Source: an uncultured archaeon (GTDB lineage: Archaea > Asgardarchaeota > Lokiarchaeia > Sigyniarchaeales > SOKP01). From it: a stretch of DNA of 52,667 nucleotides. The notes below the pieces were generated by a model. The model searched no databases. It was not told the DNA's origin and worked only from the letters and a program-made list of their open reading frames with translations. Positions 1 to 9,841 of this stretch are shown here, one piece after another (within the stretch, counting starts at the first letter, position 1; each line of letters starts with the position of its first letter). The stretch is taken from the NCBI GenBank assembly GCA_964388035.1, contig CAYLZE010000025.1:1-52667 (forward strand), read 5' to 3'. Both the position numbers and the translations under genes were made by a program.

Positions 1-312
1 CAACACCCGATTTACAATCTTCTTGGGGCGGAGGATCTTGATCTCAAGGAGCTTAGAATATCTGCAAGCTATTTTGAAAAAGAAGTGACATTTGTAGAAT
101 CTACAGGAATAAATCTTAGAGTTCACGCCTCGAAAATTAGTGATATCATCAATGGATTAATCCGAGTTGGCTTCAATATAGAAAACATTCTTGAGCCTAA
201 ACCATCGGAAAGAGATGCCATCCTTCCCGAAGAATGGTATAAAATAATGGTAATGATTCCTTCAACCTTAATTTGTAAGGTAATAAAAGATTCAAAACAG
301 AGTAACCAATAA
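1..312 (+). CDS. C-terminal part of a class I SAM-dependent methyltransferase (5' truncated by window edge)
   Basis: Frame is open from base 1 (QHPIYNLLG...YF...H...SDIINGLIRVGFNIENILEP...IP), resembling the C-terminal half of Methyltransf_11-type proteins. The GTG at 85 is probably internal. Confidence 0.6.
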   Translation, partial: QHPIYNLLGAEDLDLKELRISASYFEKEVTFVESTGINLRVHASKISDIINGLIRVGFNIENILEPKPSERDAILPEEWYKIMVMIPSTLICKVIKDSKQSNQ

Positions 313-559
313 TTTTTTAATAGATATATATATCACTTAAATTTGTTACCGCCCTATGTCGCACTTTTTCCTTTAAGTAGATATACTGCGCTAAATGGGC
401 ATCCATCCAAATAAAAAGGGTATTCAAGATTTCAAATGTTAATGTGAATTGTTTTTTGCCTATCGAGTATAATAACTGAAACTATATTTGAATAAAAAAT
501 AATATTATTATAGGAGTCCCAATATTTAAATTGAATTGAAATTGTAATGGGAGATTAAC

Positions 560-1126
560 ATGAAAATTGCGGTTGATGTAGCGGGGGTCTTGCTTGATAA
601 TTTTATAACTTTTATTCAGATTTATAATGAAAAGTATAATACCAGTTATTCTAAAGAAGATATTAAATATTGGGAATTTTTTGAAGAATTAAATTTAACC
701 ATTGAAGAATTTCTGAATTTATTTTATAAAACATTTGAGAATCCCGCAAAAATTCCGTTCATAGATGCTGAAGCTCCGATGTACCTGAAGAAATTAAATC
801 AAATGCATGAGATCTATCTTCTCTCTGCCTTAGATTTGAAGTATAAAGAAATAATGAAAAAACAATTAGAGTTTTATCATGTCGTGCGAGGTATCCATTA
901 TAAGGACATGATTATTGTTCCGGAAACTCCGTATGATATAAAATTATCACATTATTTTAAAATATACATTGATGATAATCCTCATTTGGTAGAACCGATT
1001 AAAAAGTTAAAAGATAGATATTTATTGTTATATAATCAACCATGGAACCAAGATGCATCTTGTTCCAATAATGCGATTAGAGTAAGTAATTGGAGAGAAA
1101 TTTATCAAACCATTATTAGTTTATAA
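560..1126 (+). CDS. HAD-superfamily 5'(3')-nucleotidase-like protein (NT5C family)
   Basis: IAVDVAGVL motif I, YIDDNP motif IV, and the QPWN...RVSNWREI C-terminus typical of NT5C-like proteins. Confidence 0.75.
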   Translation: MKIAVDVAGVLLDNFITFIQIYNEKYNTSYSKEDIKYWEFFEELNLTIEEFLNLFYKTFENPAKIPFIDAEAPMYLKKLNQMHEIYLLSALDLKYKEIMKKQLEFYHVVRGIHYKDMIIVPETPYDIKLSHYFKIYIDDNPHLVEPIKKLKDRYLLLYNQPWNQDASCSNNAIRVSNWREIYQTIISL

Positions 1127-1232
1127 CATTTACGTTTCTCTTTTTTGAAGGATTTCTAAAATTTAATAAGCAGTTGACTTGAAGAAAAGAGGTCACTGAA
1201 ATATCAAGCTATAAAAATTAATAAAATCGTCA

Positions 1233-2171
1233 TTACCTTTTTAGAATATCTCCATACTTTTTAATTGGAGGGATTCCATGCTTTTCCATGTATAAATCAT
1301 CTAGAAAGACAGCGAAACTCGTGATAGATTTAAATCCTAGGGATTTATAAAATTTTACATCTGTCTCTACTACTTGCTCTTGAAACGGGAGTTTTTCTCT
1401 AACATTCTCAAACCATTTTGAAGATAAGGAACAATCCAACCAATATTCCAATACTTGAGCATTTTTAATCCCAAAGTAAGATATTAAAGATTTTAACTTT
1501 TGAACTTGCTTGACATTTCTTCTGCTTGTATTGTCATTGATGGGATGACGATACGTGCGTTTTATTGGAGCAAATTCCAAAAAAATATCCTTTTCGGGTC
1601 GAATGAATTGAGGAGGTGTTAAAGTAGACAAATAAGCGAGAAATGATAATTTAGCATCTGGAAAAGATTGTTTTATTCCTTGCAGAATCGTATTCATTAA
1701 AATTAATTCTTGATCTGAGTCGGAAAGAGATTTACATTCATCACAATGACAAAATATATCTTTGCCATCATCTTGCCAAAAATAGTAGCGATCCGTGCTG
1801 GGCTGAATGATTTTTGCTAATTTTCGTGCATTATTTCGTATGATATTTAGAGCATCGTGATTAGATACGCAACAATTATAATCAGAGGTACGATTTCCTT
1901 GATAGTTTACACGAAAATACTTGGGATTGGATTTAAAATAGTCTCTTGGAAGTAACCAAGATAATACATGTAGTTCATATTCAATATCGATTTTCAAATC
2001 CTCTGCCTTAGATAATAAATTTTTTCCGCGTTTAGATTGAATAAACTGGATCACCTCGTTTTGATCAAAAGTGTGTAGAGCTAAAAGATTTAAATCAGCA
2101 TTTTTAATCCATTCCAGCCAACGTTCATTAAGTTCTTTTAGGAGTATAACGACTCCCCTGCGTTCAATCAT
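1233..2171 (-). CDS. DUF4838-like protein (glycoside-hydrolase-like TIM barrel with CxCxxC)
   Basis: LLPRDYF...PKYF, WQDDG...CHCDEC, LSFLAY, FLEFAPI and LEYWLD motifs. Confidence 0.6.
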   Translation of the reverse strand: MIERRGVVILLKELNERWLEWIKNADLNLLALHTFDQNEVIQFIQSKRGKNLLSKAEDLKIDIEYELHVLSWLLPRDYFKSNPKYFRVNYQGNRTSDYNCCVSNHDALNIIRNNARKLAKIIQPSTDRYYFWQDDGKDIFCHCDECKSLSDSDQELILMNTILQGIKQSFPDAKLSFLAYLSTLTPPQFIRPEKDIFLEFAPIKRTYRHPINDNTSRRNVKQVQKLKSLISYFGIKNAQVLEYWLDCSLSSKWFENVREKLPFQEQVVETDVKFYKSLGFKSITSFAVFLDDLYMEKHGIPPIKKYGDILKR

Positions 2172-2449
2172 TAAATTATCTCTGGATTATATAAAGTAAA
2201 ATTAACTATACCACTAAATAAAAAATTTGTTAAACAATTAAAAAAATTTAATTACTATTTTTGTTATCTAACTAAACTAAAATTTACTATAATTAAATGA
2301 CCTTTATATCTGAAGAATTTATCTGAATAACTCGGTTCTTTTGATCTTTATAAAACAATTGCACTTAATTTAAATCAAAAATCCTTTGAGAGAATTAAAA
2401 TTAAGGTTAGAGAATTTCTACATCTAATATGCATAATATCAAATTCTAT

Positions 2450-2818
2450 TCACTTTAAATTCGCCAAGATCATTGCTCTGAATTCTTTAACTCTTATAGG
2501 TTTTAGAACTAATTGAGTAAATCCTGCTCTTGCAAAGATCTCCTCTTTATTTCCTTGAATGGGAGAAGAAGAAACAGCTATTATGGGAATATCTCTGAAT
2601 TTTTTTCGCGATCTTAATTCCCTGCATATACTTAGACCATCCATTCCCGGGAGATTATTATCCAAAATAATAAGATCGGGTTCTCCATTAAGTATCATAG
2701 TTAATCCTTTATCTCCGGAAGATTCGATAAAAGTCTCAATATGGTCGAGTTTGTTGAAGATAGCTTTATATAATGCAATGTTTTGCTTTTGGTCCTCTAC
2801 AATATATACTTTTTTCAT
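2450..2818 (-). CDS. Stand-alone response regulator receiver (CheY-like)
   Basis: IVED, PDLIILDNNLPGMDG (phospho-Asp), IPIIAVS, KP; no output domain. Confidence 0.92.
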   Translation of the reverse strand: MKKVYIVEDQKQNIALYKAIFNKLDHIETFIESSGDKGLTMILNGEPDLIILDNNLPGMDGLSICRELRSRKKFRDIPIIAVSSSPIQGNKEEIFARAGFTQLVLKPIRVKEFRAMILANLK

Positions 2819-2853
2819 TCTCCTTCCCTACATGATTAGGAATTTTTAATTTG

Positions 2854-4491
2854 TTAGAGATTAACATTTTTAGGAATGGTAAACATGAAAGAACTCCCTT
2901 TCCCAATCTCACTCTCGAACCAGATTTTTCCACCATGTAATTGTACCAACCGCTTGGTGAGAGATAATCCCAGTCCCGTGCCCGGAGTCGCATTAACATA
3001 TTCGTTATCAATTCGTTGAAATTCTTTAAAGAGAAGAGGAAAATCTTTTTTCTCTATTCCAATTCCGGTATCTATCACGTCAAATTGCCAGTAGTCTTCC
3101 CATTCGTGGATTTTTAATTGAACATGTCCTTTTATGGTATACTTGATCGCATTACTTAATAAATTATAAAGAATCTCCTTAAGCCGTAATCTATCCGCAT
3201 AAATAAGTTGATCTTGTTCTTGGGATAATCCTTGAACGGAAAATTCCAAGTGCTTTTCTTCATATAATGGCATAATAGTAGATTGTATTTGATTCACGAT
3301 CTCCTTTAGTCTAAACTGTTTTCGATACAATTCAATTTTCCCGGATTCAATTTTAGAAATATCAATGATATGATTTATTAAATGGAGGAGATGCGTTGCA
3401 GAGGAGCTGATATTATCCAGAAAATCCATTTGATCATCATTGATGTCACCATATAGTTTTTCAATTAAGATATCGGAAAAACCGATGATGATATTCAGTG
3501 GAGTCCGTAGTTCATGAGACATCGTGGCGAGAAATTCTGTTTTAAATTGAGAGTTTTGTAAAATAACATCCGTGTATTTTTTTTGTTTTTCTAACATCGC
3601 TCGCAATTGGGCATCAGTCCTTTTTTCCTTGATAATTCTCCACACATTTTCCGAAAAAAGAGAGAGTTGGTGGACATCTGAGGTATCATATAACTCAGAT
3701 TTATTACCTACTCCTACTATTCCTACGATTTTCCCCCCATCAAAGATTGGAATACTCATGTGCCGGCGAAAGGGAATATGTCCTAAGGGAACTTCTGCTT
3801 TTTTGTTTGGCAATTTGAAATAATAATTATGAATGATAGGTTTCCGTTGTCGAATTGAATCTGCCCAAACTCCTGCTTTATCCATCGAGGAATGGAATGT
3901 ACTTTCCGATGTGCAGAACTCCTCTATATTTTTTGACCACCTATGGGATTGAATCGTTTTCTCATCCTCCTTGAGAAAATGTAAGTAGCCAATCTTGCTT
4001 TCAGTTAAGCGCACGCACTCTTCTATCGCATGATCGATGAATTCCTCTTCCGGAAGCTCTTTTAAACTACTTAATTTGAGCAATGAGGTAAGCCGTTCAT
4101 CATCCAGTTTTAATTTACTTTCATAACGTTTTTGAGTAGTAATATCTGTAAAAGTTAAAATTATCTTTCTTCCTTCTTCTTGAAGATTGACTAACCTTGA
4201 ACTAACACGGGTTTCCATGACGTGGCCATCGTGGTGTAAAATTCTTAGCTCGACACAATCAGATTGACTTTCAATTGTCTTATCTAAAAAAACGTAAAAA
4301 TTCTTTCTATCTTCAAGATAAATAAAATCTTTTATTTCCCTTCCGAGGATATCTTTTGAAGAATATCCTAGATCTTTTACCATTACTTCGTTGAAATACT
4401 GAATCGTAAAATCTTCATCAATAAAAATTATTAAAATATTTACATTATTGAGTATGAGTTGTAATAAGCCCTCATTTTCTATTTTCATCAT
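2854..4491 (-). CDS. PAS-GAF sensor histidine kinase
   Basis: N-terminal PAS, GAF (GVWAD..R.RKPIIHN...RHMSIP...VGVGNK), H-box MSHELRTPLN, N-box NLLSNAIKYT, G1 DTGIG, G2 GTGLGL. Confidence 0.95.
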   Translation of the reverse strand: MMKIENEGLLQLILNNVNILIIFIDEDFTIQYFNEVMVKDLGYSSKDILGREIKDFIYLEDRKNFYVFLDKTIESQSDCVELRILHHDGHVMETRVSSRLVNLQEEGRKIILTFTDITTQKRYESKLKLDDERLTSLLKLSSLKELPEEEFIDHAIEECVRLTESKIGYLHFLKEDEKTIQSHRWSKNIEEFCTSESTFHSSMDKAGVWADSIRQRKPIIHNYYFKLPNKKAEVPLGHIPFRRHMSIPIFDGGKIVGIVGVGNKSELYDTSDVHQLSLFSENVWRIIKEKRTDAQLRAMLEKQKKYTDVILQNSQFKTEFLATMSHELRTPLNIIIGFSDILIEKLYGDINDDQMDFLDNISSSATHLLHLINHIIDISKIESGKIELYRKQFRLKEIVNQIQSTIMPLYEEKHLEFSVQGLSQEQDQLIYADRLRLKEILYNLLSNAIKYTIKGHVQLKIHEWEDYWQFDVIDTGIGIEKKDFPLLFKEFQRIDNEYVNATPGTGLGLSLTKRLVQLHGGKIWFESEIGKGSSFMFTIPKNVNL

Positions 4492-4821
4492 TTAAGAAAA
4501 AGATTACCTTTTCAGGGAACTGTTTAATTTTAATCAATCTACTTCGGTAAAGGGGGTGTCTAATACCCAGCCTTTTGTTAAATCTTTTAAAGTTAAATAA
4601 AAAGTGAAAGCTCTCTTATTTAAACTTTAACATTTTACATTTCTTTCTTCAAAGAATAATTTTTTGTTATTATTAATTAAGTTTAAACAATATAGAGAAA
4701 AAATCTGACTTATTTCGATTGAGTCATGGATAAAATTTCTCATTTGTGATAATTATACATGAGTAGATAGCGATGAATAAAAATTTATATATTTAATTTT
4801 TCAAGAAATTGGGGGGCTTAA

Positions 4822-5964
4822 TCATAGTGAATTATATACTGCATTTATAAGTCTCTCACTACGAGGATCTCCTGAAAGGGTGGCTACCATTTTATTCATG
4901 ACATAGGAAATGCTCATTTTAGCATCCAGATCTACGATCACGATAGAACCGCCATACCCTGCCCAAAAAAAAGCGTTTTTATTTGGACTAATCGGCATTT
5001 CCTTGCTATTAATACCCCAACCAAGACCAAACCGGACGGGAATGTTAATAACGAGATCCTTGTTATAGCTTTGTTCTTCAATTGATTGAGAGATAATATT
5101 CGGAGAAACCAAATGTATGTTATTAAGTTCTCCTCCGCATGCTAATGCTGCTGCCACTTTAGCTACTGATCTAGCATTTCCATGTCCATTAGCAGAAGGG
5201 ATCTCGGCTGCCCGCCATTCTCTGGTTTTAGTTAAAGGAATACTGAGAATAGGATTGCCTATAGCTCTCATGGATATAGATCCTGGCTCCATGGTAGCTA
5301 ATTCTGCTAAGTTCAGTTGAGGGGGAATGAGTTCTGCCACGCGTGGATCAAGTTGTTCAGGTAATCCAATATAAAAATCAGCATTTAAAGGAAGAGCAAC
5401 CTCTTCCTTAAAGAAAGTACCAATGGATTTTCCTGTAATATGACGAACCAATTCTCCTAATAAATACCCAAATGACAAGATATGATAACCACTCTTAGTT
5501 CCTGGCTCCCACCATGGCTTTTGAGCAGATAACAAATTCACAATTTGATCCCAATCAAAAAGCGTTTTAGCCCGAATTTTCTTATCAAAACCGGCCAAAC
5601 CTGCAGTATGGCTTAAGAGGTACCTCACTGGTAAATTTTCCTTGCCACCTTGTGCAAATTCAGGCCAATATTTTGCAACGGGATCATCATAATTGAGCAG
5701 TCCTCGATCCACTAGCATGTGCACGCAAACAGCGGCCATGAATTTTGTCGTAGAATAAACATTAACAATCGTATCTCTTTCCCACGGTTGTGATTTGGCA
5801 GCATCAGCATATCCGCCCCATATATCCACTACGTAGTTTCCATTAATAGTCACAGCGAATGAAGCTCCGACTTCTAAATCTTCTTCAAAGCTTTTTTTAA
5901 AAACGTCTTTTACGGAGTTAAATTTCTCATCGCAAAAACCATTAATCTTTTCTAATTTCGTCAT
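4822..5964 (-). CDS. Serine hydrolase, beta-lactamase class C/EstB-like esterase
   Basis: SxxK (YSTTK), LLSHTAGL, PGTKSGYH, WAGYGGS. Confidence 0.92.
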   Translation of the reverse strand: MTKLEKINGFCDEKFNSVKDVFKKSFEEDLEVGASFAVTINGNYVVDIWGGYADAAKSQPWERDTIVNVYSTTKFMAAVCVHMLVDRGLLNYDDPVAKYWPEFAQGGKENLPVRYLLSHTAGLAGFDKKIRAKTLFDWDQIVNLLSAQKPWWEPGTKSGYHILSFGYLLGELVRHITGKSIGTFFKEEVALPLNADFYIGLPEQLDPRVAELIPPQLNLAELATMEPGSISMRAIGNPILSIPLTKTREWRAAEIPSANGHGNARSVAKVAAALACGGELNNIHLVSPNIISQSIEEQSYNKDLVINIPVRFGLGWGINSKEMPISPNKNAFFWAGYGGSIVIVDLDAKMSISYVMNKMVATLSGDPRSERLINAVYNSL

Positions 5965-6355
5965 TTACTCCATTCTAACAATTGTTTTTTTATTTAAGGA
6001 TTTAATATCTATTGGACGCGAAATTTTTTAAATCTACCCAATTATCCTAATTAAAATCTTTAAGTAAGGAAAAATTTAGGGAAAATGACCTTTTATAATG
6101 CTATTCAAGTTACTCCCATTTAAATTAACCCAAGACAAAAATGTGAAAATAGCCCTCAATTATTCCAATTATGCAAAAAGTTAGCTGTTTTTATCGTTGT
6201 TTTACCCCTAATAGCCTCCATCTTTTAGTTGTATCCTCAACTAACCAATTACTCAATATATTTAAAATCAGAGAGTTGGACTTTTTCAAGTCTCCTTGCA
6301 TTTATAGCATTCTATCAAATGTCATGAGTGCATCTACTATTATTTCATGTCGATT

Positions 6356-7237
6356 TTAACCCTTCAATGCTCGCTTGAGCGCTTCAAGATCAAATTTTTT
6401 CATCTTGAGAAACGCTTCAGTGACTTTCTCTTTTCTTTTTTCGTCTTTATCTTTAAGCATCTCATCCAAGGCAATGGGAACAATCTGCCATGATAATCCA
6501 TATTTATCTTTGAGCCAACCGCATTGTTCTGCTTCGGGGTTGGCTGAAAGCTTTTCCCAATAATAATCTATTTCTTTTTGAGTTCTGCAATGAACTATTA
6601 GCGATATGGCTTCATTAAAAGTAAAATGATGTTCACGTGCACTATCCATGGCAGCAAAATCCTGTCCTTCGAGCATGAATGCCATGTGTTTAATAGTTCC
6701 CTCCTTATCTGGCGGTTCGTTTTGATTATAGCGAAGAGTATCGCCAACTTTTGCATGGTTAAATATCGAAACATAAAAATTAATAGCTTCTTCTGCCTTT
6801 CCGTAGGCTCTATTAACAAACATTAAAGTGGGGATAATCTTTTGCTTCATTTTTATATCCCCCATGTACATTACTTGCCACGAAAGTCCGTATTTATCTA
6901 TCACCCACCCGTATCTTTCACTGAAAGGATATGCATCAAGTTCCATTAGGACCGAACCCCCTTCGAAAAGGTTCTCCCAGTATGAATCCACTTCGTTCTT
7001 CGTTTTACAAGCGACTAAAAAGGACACAGAAGGATTGAATTTGAAAAGAGGTCCCGCATTGATGAACGTGAACTCTTGTCCTAAAAGATCGATGGTTATA
7101 ATATCGGATGTATCAGAAGGTGTATTGTAAATGGTTGTAATATTCTTTATCTTGCCCTTCCCAAAGACTGATTTGTAAAATTCAGCCGCTTCTTTTGCTT
7201 CTTTGTCAAACCATAAATTGGGAGTAATTTTTTGCAT
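6356..7237 (-). CDS. Tandem VOC family (PhnB / 3-demethylubiquinone-9 3-methyltransferase-like) protein
   Basis: Two repeats of KIxPxLxF...AxxFY...GWxxDKYGLSWQ. Start placed at the ATG of MQKITPNLWF (7237) rather than the TTG at 7258. Confidence 0.9.
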   Translation of the reverse strand: MQKITPNLWFDKEAKEAAEFYKSVFGKGKIKNITTIYNTPSDTSDIITIDLLGQEFTFINAGPLFKFNPSVSFLVACKTKNEVDSYWENLFEGGSVLMELDAYPFSERYGWVIDKYGLSWQVMYMGDIKMKQKIIPTLMFVNRAYGKAEEAINFYVSIFNHAKVGDTLRYNQNEPPDKEGTIKHMAFMLEGQDFAAMDSAREHHFTFNEAISLIVHCRTQKEIDYYWEKLSANPEAEQCGWLKDKYGLSWQIVPIALDEMLKDKDEKRKEKVTEAFLKMKKFDLEALKRALKG

Positions 7238-7442
7238 GCTATTTCCTCTTAATTTCAAGGATTATCTCAATAAAAAAAGATCCTATTATAATTTCTAAGT
7301 ATAACAAAGAGGAGAATCAACATTTTGAAGGGAAAATATCCTCAAAGTTAAATAAATAATACTTTTTATAAAATATTCCATTAAAAACAATTAAGGAAAA
7401 TTTCATCTTATGCAATGCAAAACTTTCTGAGCAGTTAACTAA

Positions 7443-8741
7443 ATGGAAGTACCGTTATTGATCTTCAATTTTGCCCTTTTTTTCATAATTTTAATAAGTT
7501 ATTCAATAAAAGACTTTGATTTTGTAGCCATTTCTCTATTGGTTTGTTTTCTTAGTGCGACTGTAACGGGCTTGGTTTTAGGCTTGGGATTTCCCGTATT
7601 TATCGGATTTATCGAGTTTGAAGCAATTATCATCATTTTAAGCATGAGCATCATAACTCAAATCGCTCAAGAGTCCAATATCTTGGAATTCTTAGCTGTG
7701 AAGTTGTTTAAATTATCAAAAGGGAATGAGACGGTTTTTTTTTACTTGATTTGCATTATAACGACTTTATTAGCCGCAATCATAACGGATGTGGTTGTGG
7801 TATTGATATTAGCTCCTGTGGTAATAAGACTCTGCCGTTTCCTAAAAATACGTGCAGGAACTTATCTTTTGGGAATGACCATATGCATAAATATCGGAAG
7901 TATAATCACTCCCTTTTCAAGCGGAGAAAACATCATCATTTCTACTGCTTTCAATTTAGATACCATATACTTCATCCAACATTATTGGATTTTTTCTTTT
8001 GGCTTGCTTTTCATCACTGTTTTTCTAATCGACCGGTTCTTTCTAAAAAAAGAACCTAAAATTTTGGAGCAACAGAAAAAATTCGTATTAGAGTTAGTAG
8101 ATGCAGACGTGATGATAGTAAACAAGAAGATGTTTTACATTAATGGGATAGGAATTATTATCACCATTGTTTTGTTTGCGATCCTTCCTTTACTTTACTT
8201 AACGGCGATTTTCTCAGCACTCATTCTCGTATTGATAAATAGAAAATACACCAAAAAAGCTTTAAAGGATTTATTGAAAGATGTGGAATGGGAGATTATT
8301 TTCTTTTTCATTGCATTGTATGTCGTTATCGGGTGTTTATTGGAAGCCGGGTTCACTGAGCTCTTTCAAGCCATTCCTTTTCACAACTTAAGTCCATTCT
8401 TAGTTTCTTTGATTATCTTGATTACCGTAAGCCTTATTTCTGGCTTTGTGGCAAATACCCCTACGGCGTTAATTTTTATACCTATCGTAGGATTCTTGAT
8501 AACTAACGAAGGATTTAATTCTATTCCTCTTCTTTTTGCATTCATTATCGGAATCAACATTGGTGGTAATCTAATCCCTCAAGGGGCAGCATGCGATATG
8601 GTTACATTAAAAATTGCACAAGACGCTGGCATTGAAAATCTTTCTTACAAGCGCTTGTTAAAAACGGGGGCAACCTTTGCAACTGTCCATATTACCCTCT
8701 CTTTAATATATTTAATATTTTTAGTATTAATTTCGGGATGA
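7443..8741 (+). CDS. ArsB/NhaD/SLC13 (P-protein-like) ion permease
   Basis: About 11-12 hydrophobic segments; INIGSIITP..N, VEWEIIFFF, SGFVANTP and NIGGNLIP motifs. Confidence 0.85.
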   Translation: MEVPLLIFNFALFFIILISYSIKDFDFVAISLLVCFLSATVTGLVLGLGFPVFIGFIEFEAIIIILSMSIITQIAQESNILEFLAVKLFKLSKGNETVFFYLICIITTLLAAIITDVVVVLILAPVVIRLCRFLKIRAGTYLLGMTICINIGSIITPFSSGENIIISTAFNLDTIYFIQHYWIFSFGLLFITVFLIDRFFLKKEPKILEQQKKFVLELVDADVMIVNKKMFYINGIGIIITIVLFAILPLLYLTAIFSALILVLINRKYTKKALKDLLKDVEWEIIFFFIALYVVIGCLLEAGFTELFQAIPFHNLSPFLVSLIILITVSLISGFVANTPTALIFIPIVGFLITNEGFNSIPLLFAFIIGINIGGNLIPQGAACDMVTLKIAQDAGIENLSYKRLLKTGATFATVHITLSLIYLIFLVLISG

Positions 8742-8810
8742 ATACTCAGAAAATTCAATATTCTTGTCATGGAATGCAACCTTTTAAAGAAATCGAATGT
8801 ATTATTCTCT

Positions 8811-9716
8811 TTAAGCCAAAACAAATCCTTTTTCTTTTTTCTCAATCATTCCTTTTTGGAGGAATTTTTCAAAATGTTTACCCAACATTATTTTTTCAGC
8901 AATTAATTCATATTCAATTTCAGCTGGATTGTATTTCTTATAAATCAAATTCTTATTCACGAGAGATTCAATCGTAATTGGTCTTGTTTCGGAGAGATAC
9001 TTCATGACTTGCTCATCTCTGTCATGAATCAAGGTTAAATATCGGTTTAATCTTTCTCGTATATTTTCTTTCCCTTTCAATAATCCTTTATGTCCAGAAA
9101 TTGCCCTCTCAGCACCTAATTTCTCCAGCTTAATTACGGATTGTTCTAATTGTAATAAATTAGAATCAAGGCAACCATAAAATGCAAAATTAGAGAGATC
9201 TATATCTGCTAAAAAGAGAGCCTTAGTTTGGTATTCATAAAAACTGCAATGCCCTGCAGTATGTCCAGGAGTATGAATTACTTCTAAATTAAATGTTTGG
9301 TTAATATCGATGATTTGATGATCCTGTAATTGCTCTTGTACAAGAGTATCTCCAATTTTATATCCTTCCATGAATGCTCGGAAGAGCTCTTCTGCAGGAG
9401 TATTTGTTACCCCATAGTAATCATACATCAGATTTACATTTTCTATTATGGGTTTATCCAAAGGATGACTGTAAAAAGTTTGTTCCTTAAATAATCGATT
9501 TCCCAAAACATGATCCTCGTGCCAATGGCTTAGAATCACATTTTCTATTTGAAAACTTTTTTTAAGTTTTCGTATATACTTATTTGATATTCCGGTATCG
9601 ATCAAGTAATTACCGATAAGAAGTGAATGGGAATACGGGTATCTTCCATTGTTAAATCCTTTTAAGAAATAGAACTCATCAAATTCATCGGAAATGGGTA
9701 TAATAAACTCATTCAT
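8811..9716 (-). CDS. MBL-fold metallo-hydrolase
   Basis: LIDTG, SHWHEDH, HTPGHTAGH, AD, SGH. Confidence 0.9.
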   Translation of the reverse strand: MNEFIIPISDEFDEFYFLKGFNNGRYPYSHSLLIGNYLIDTGISNKYIRKLKKSFQIENVILSHWHEDHVLGNRLFKEQTFYSHPLDKPIIENVNLMYDYYGVTNTPAEELFRAFMEGYKIGDTLVQEQLQDHQIIDINQTFNLEVIHTPGHTAGHCSFYEYQTKALFLADIDLSNFAFYGCLDSNLLQLEQSVIKLEKLGAERAISGHKGLLKGKENIRERLNRYLTLIHDRDEQVMKYLSETRPITIESLVNKNLIYKKYNPAEIEYELIAEKIMLGKHFEKFLQKGMIEKKEKGFVLA

Positions 9717-9841
9717 ATCTATGTATGATTAAAGCTTCCTAATCATTAATTCATTTCTATAAAATAAAAAATCATAGGAGGAAGATATATTTAAAGAGAA
9801 TTTTTTGAAATAAAATTCTCAAGTTTAATCCTATTTTTATT

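Noticed and set aside
6171-6359. 62-aa plus-strand ORF, and a minus-strand fragment (EIIVDALMTFDRML*MQG) faintly like a RibD/DHFR-family N-terminus
   Set aside because: No start codon or sustained similarity; too short to support a gene or pseudogene call.
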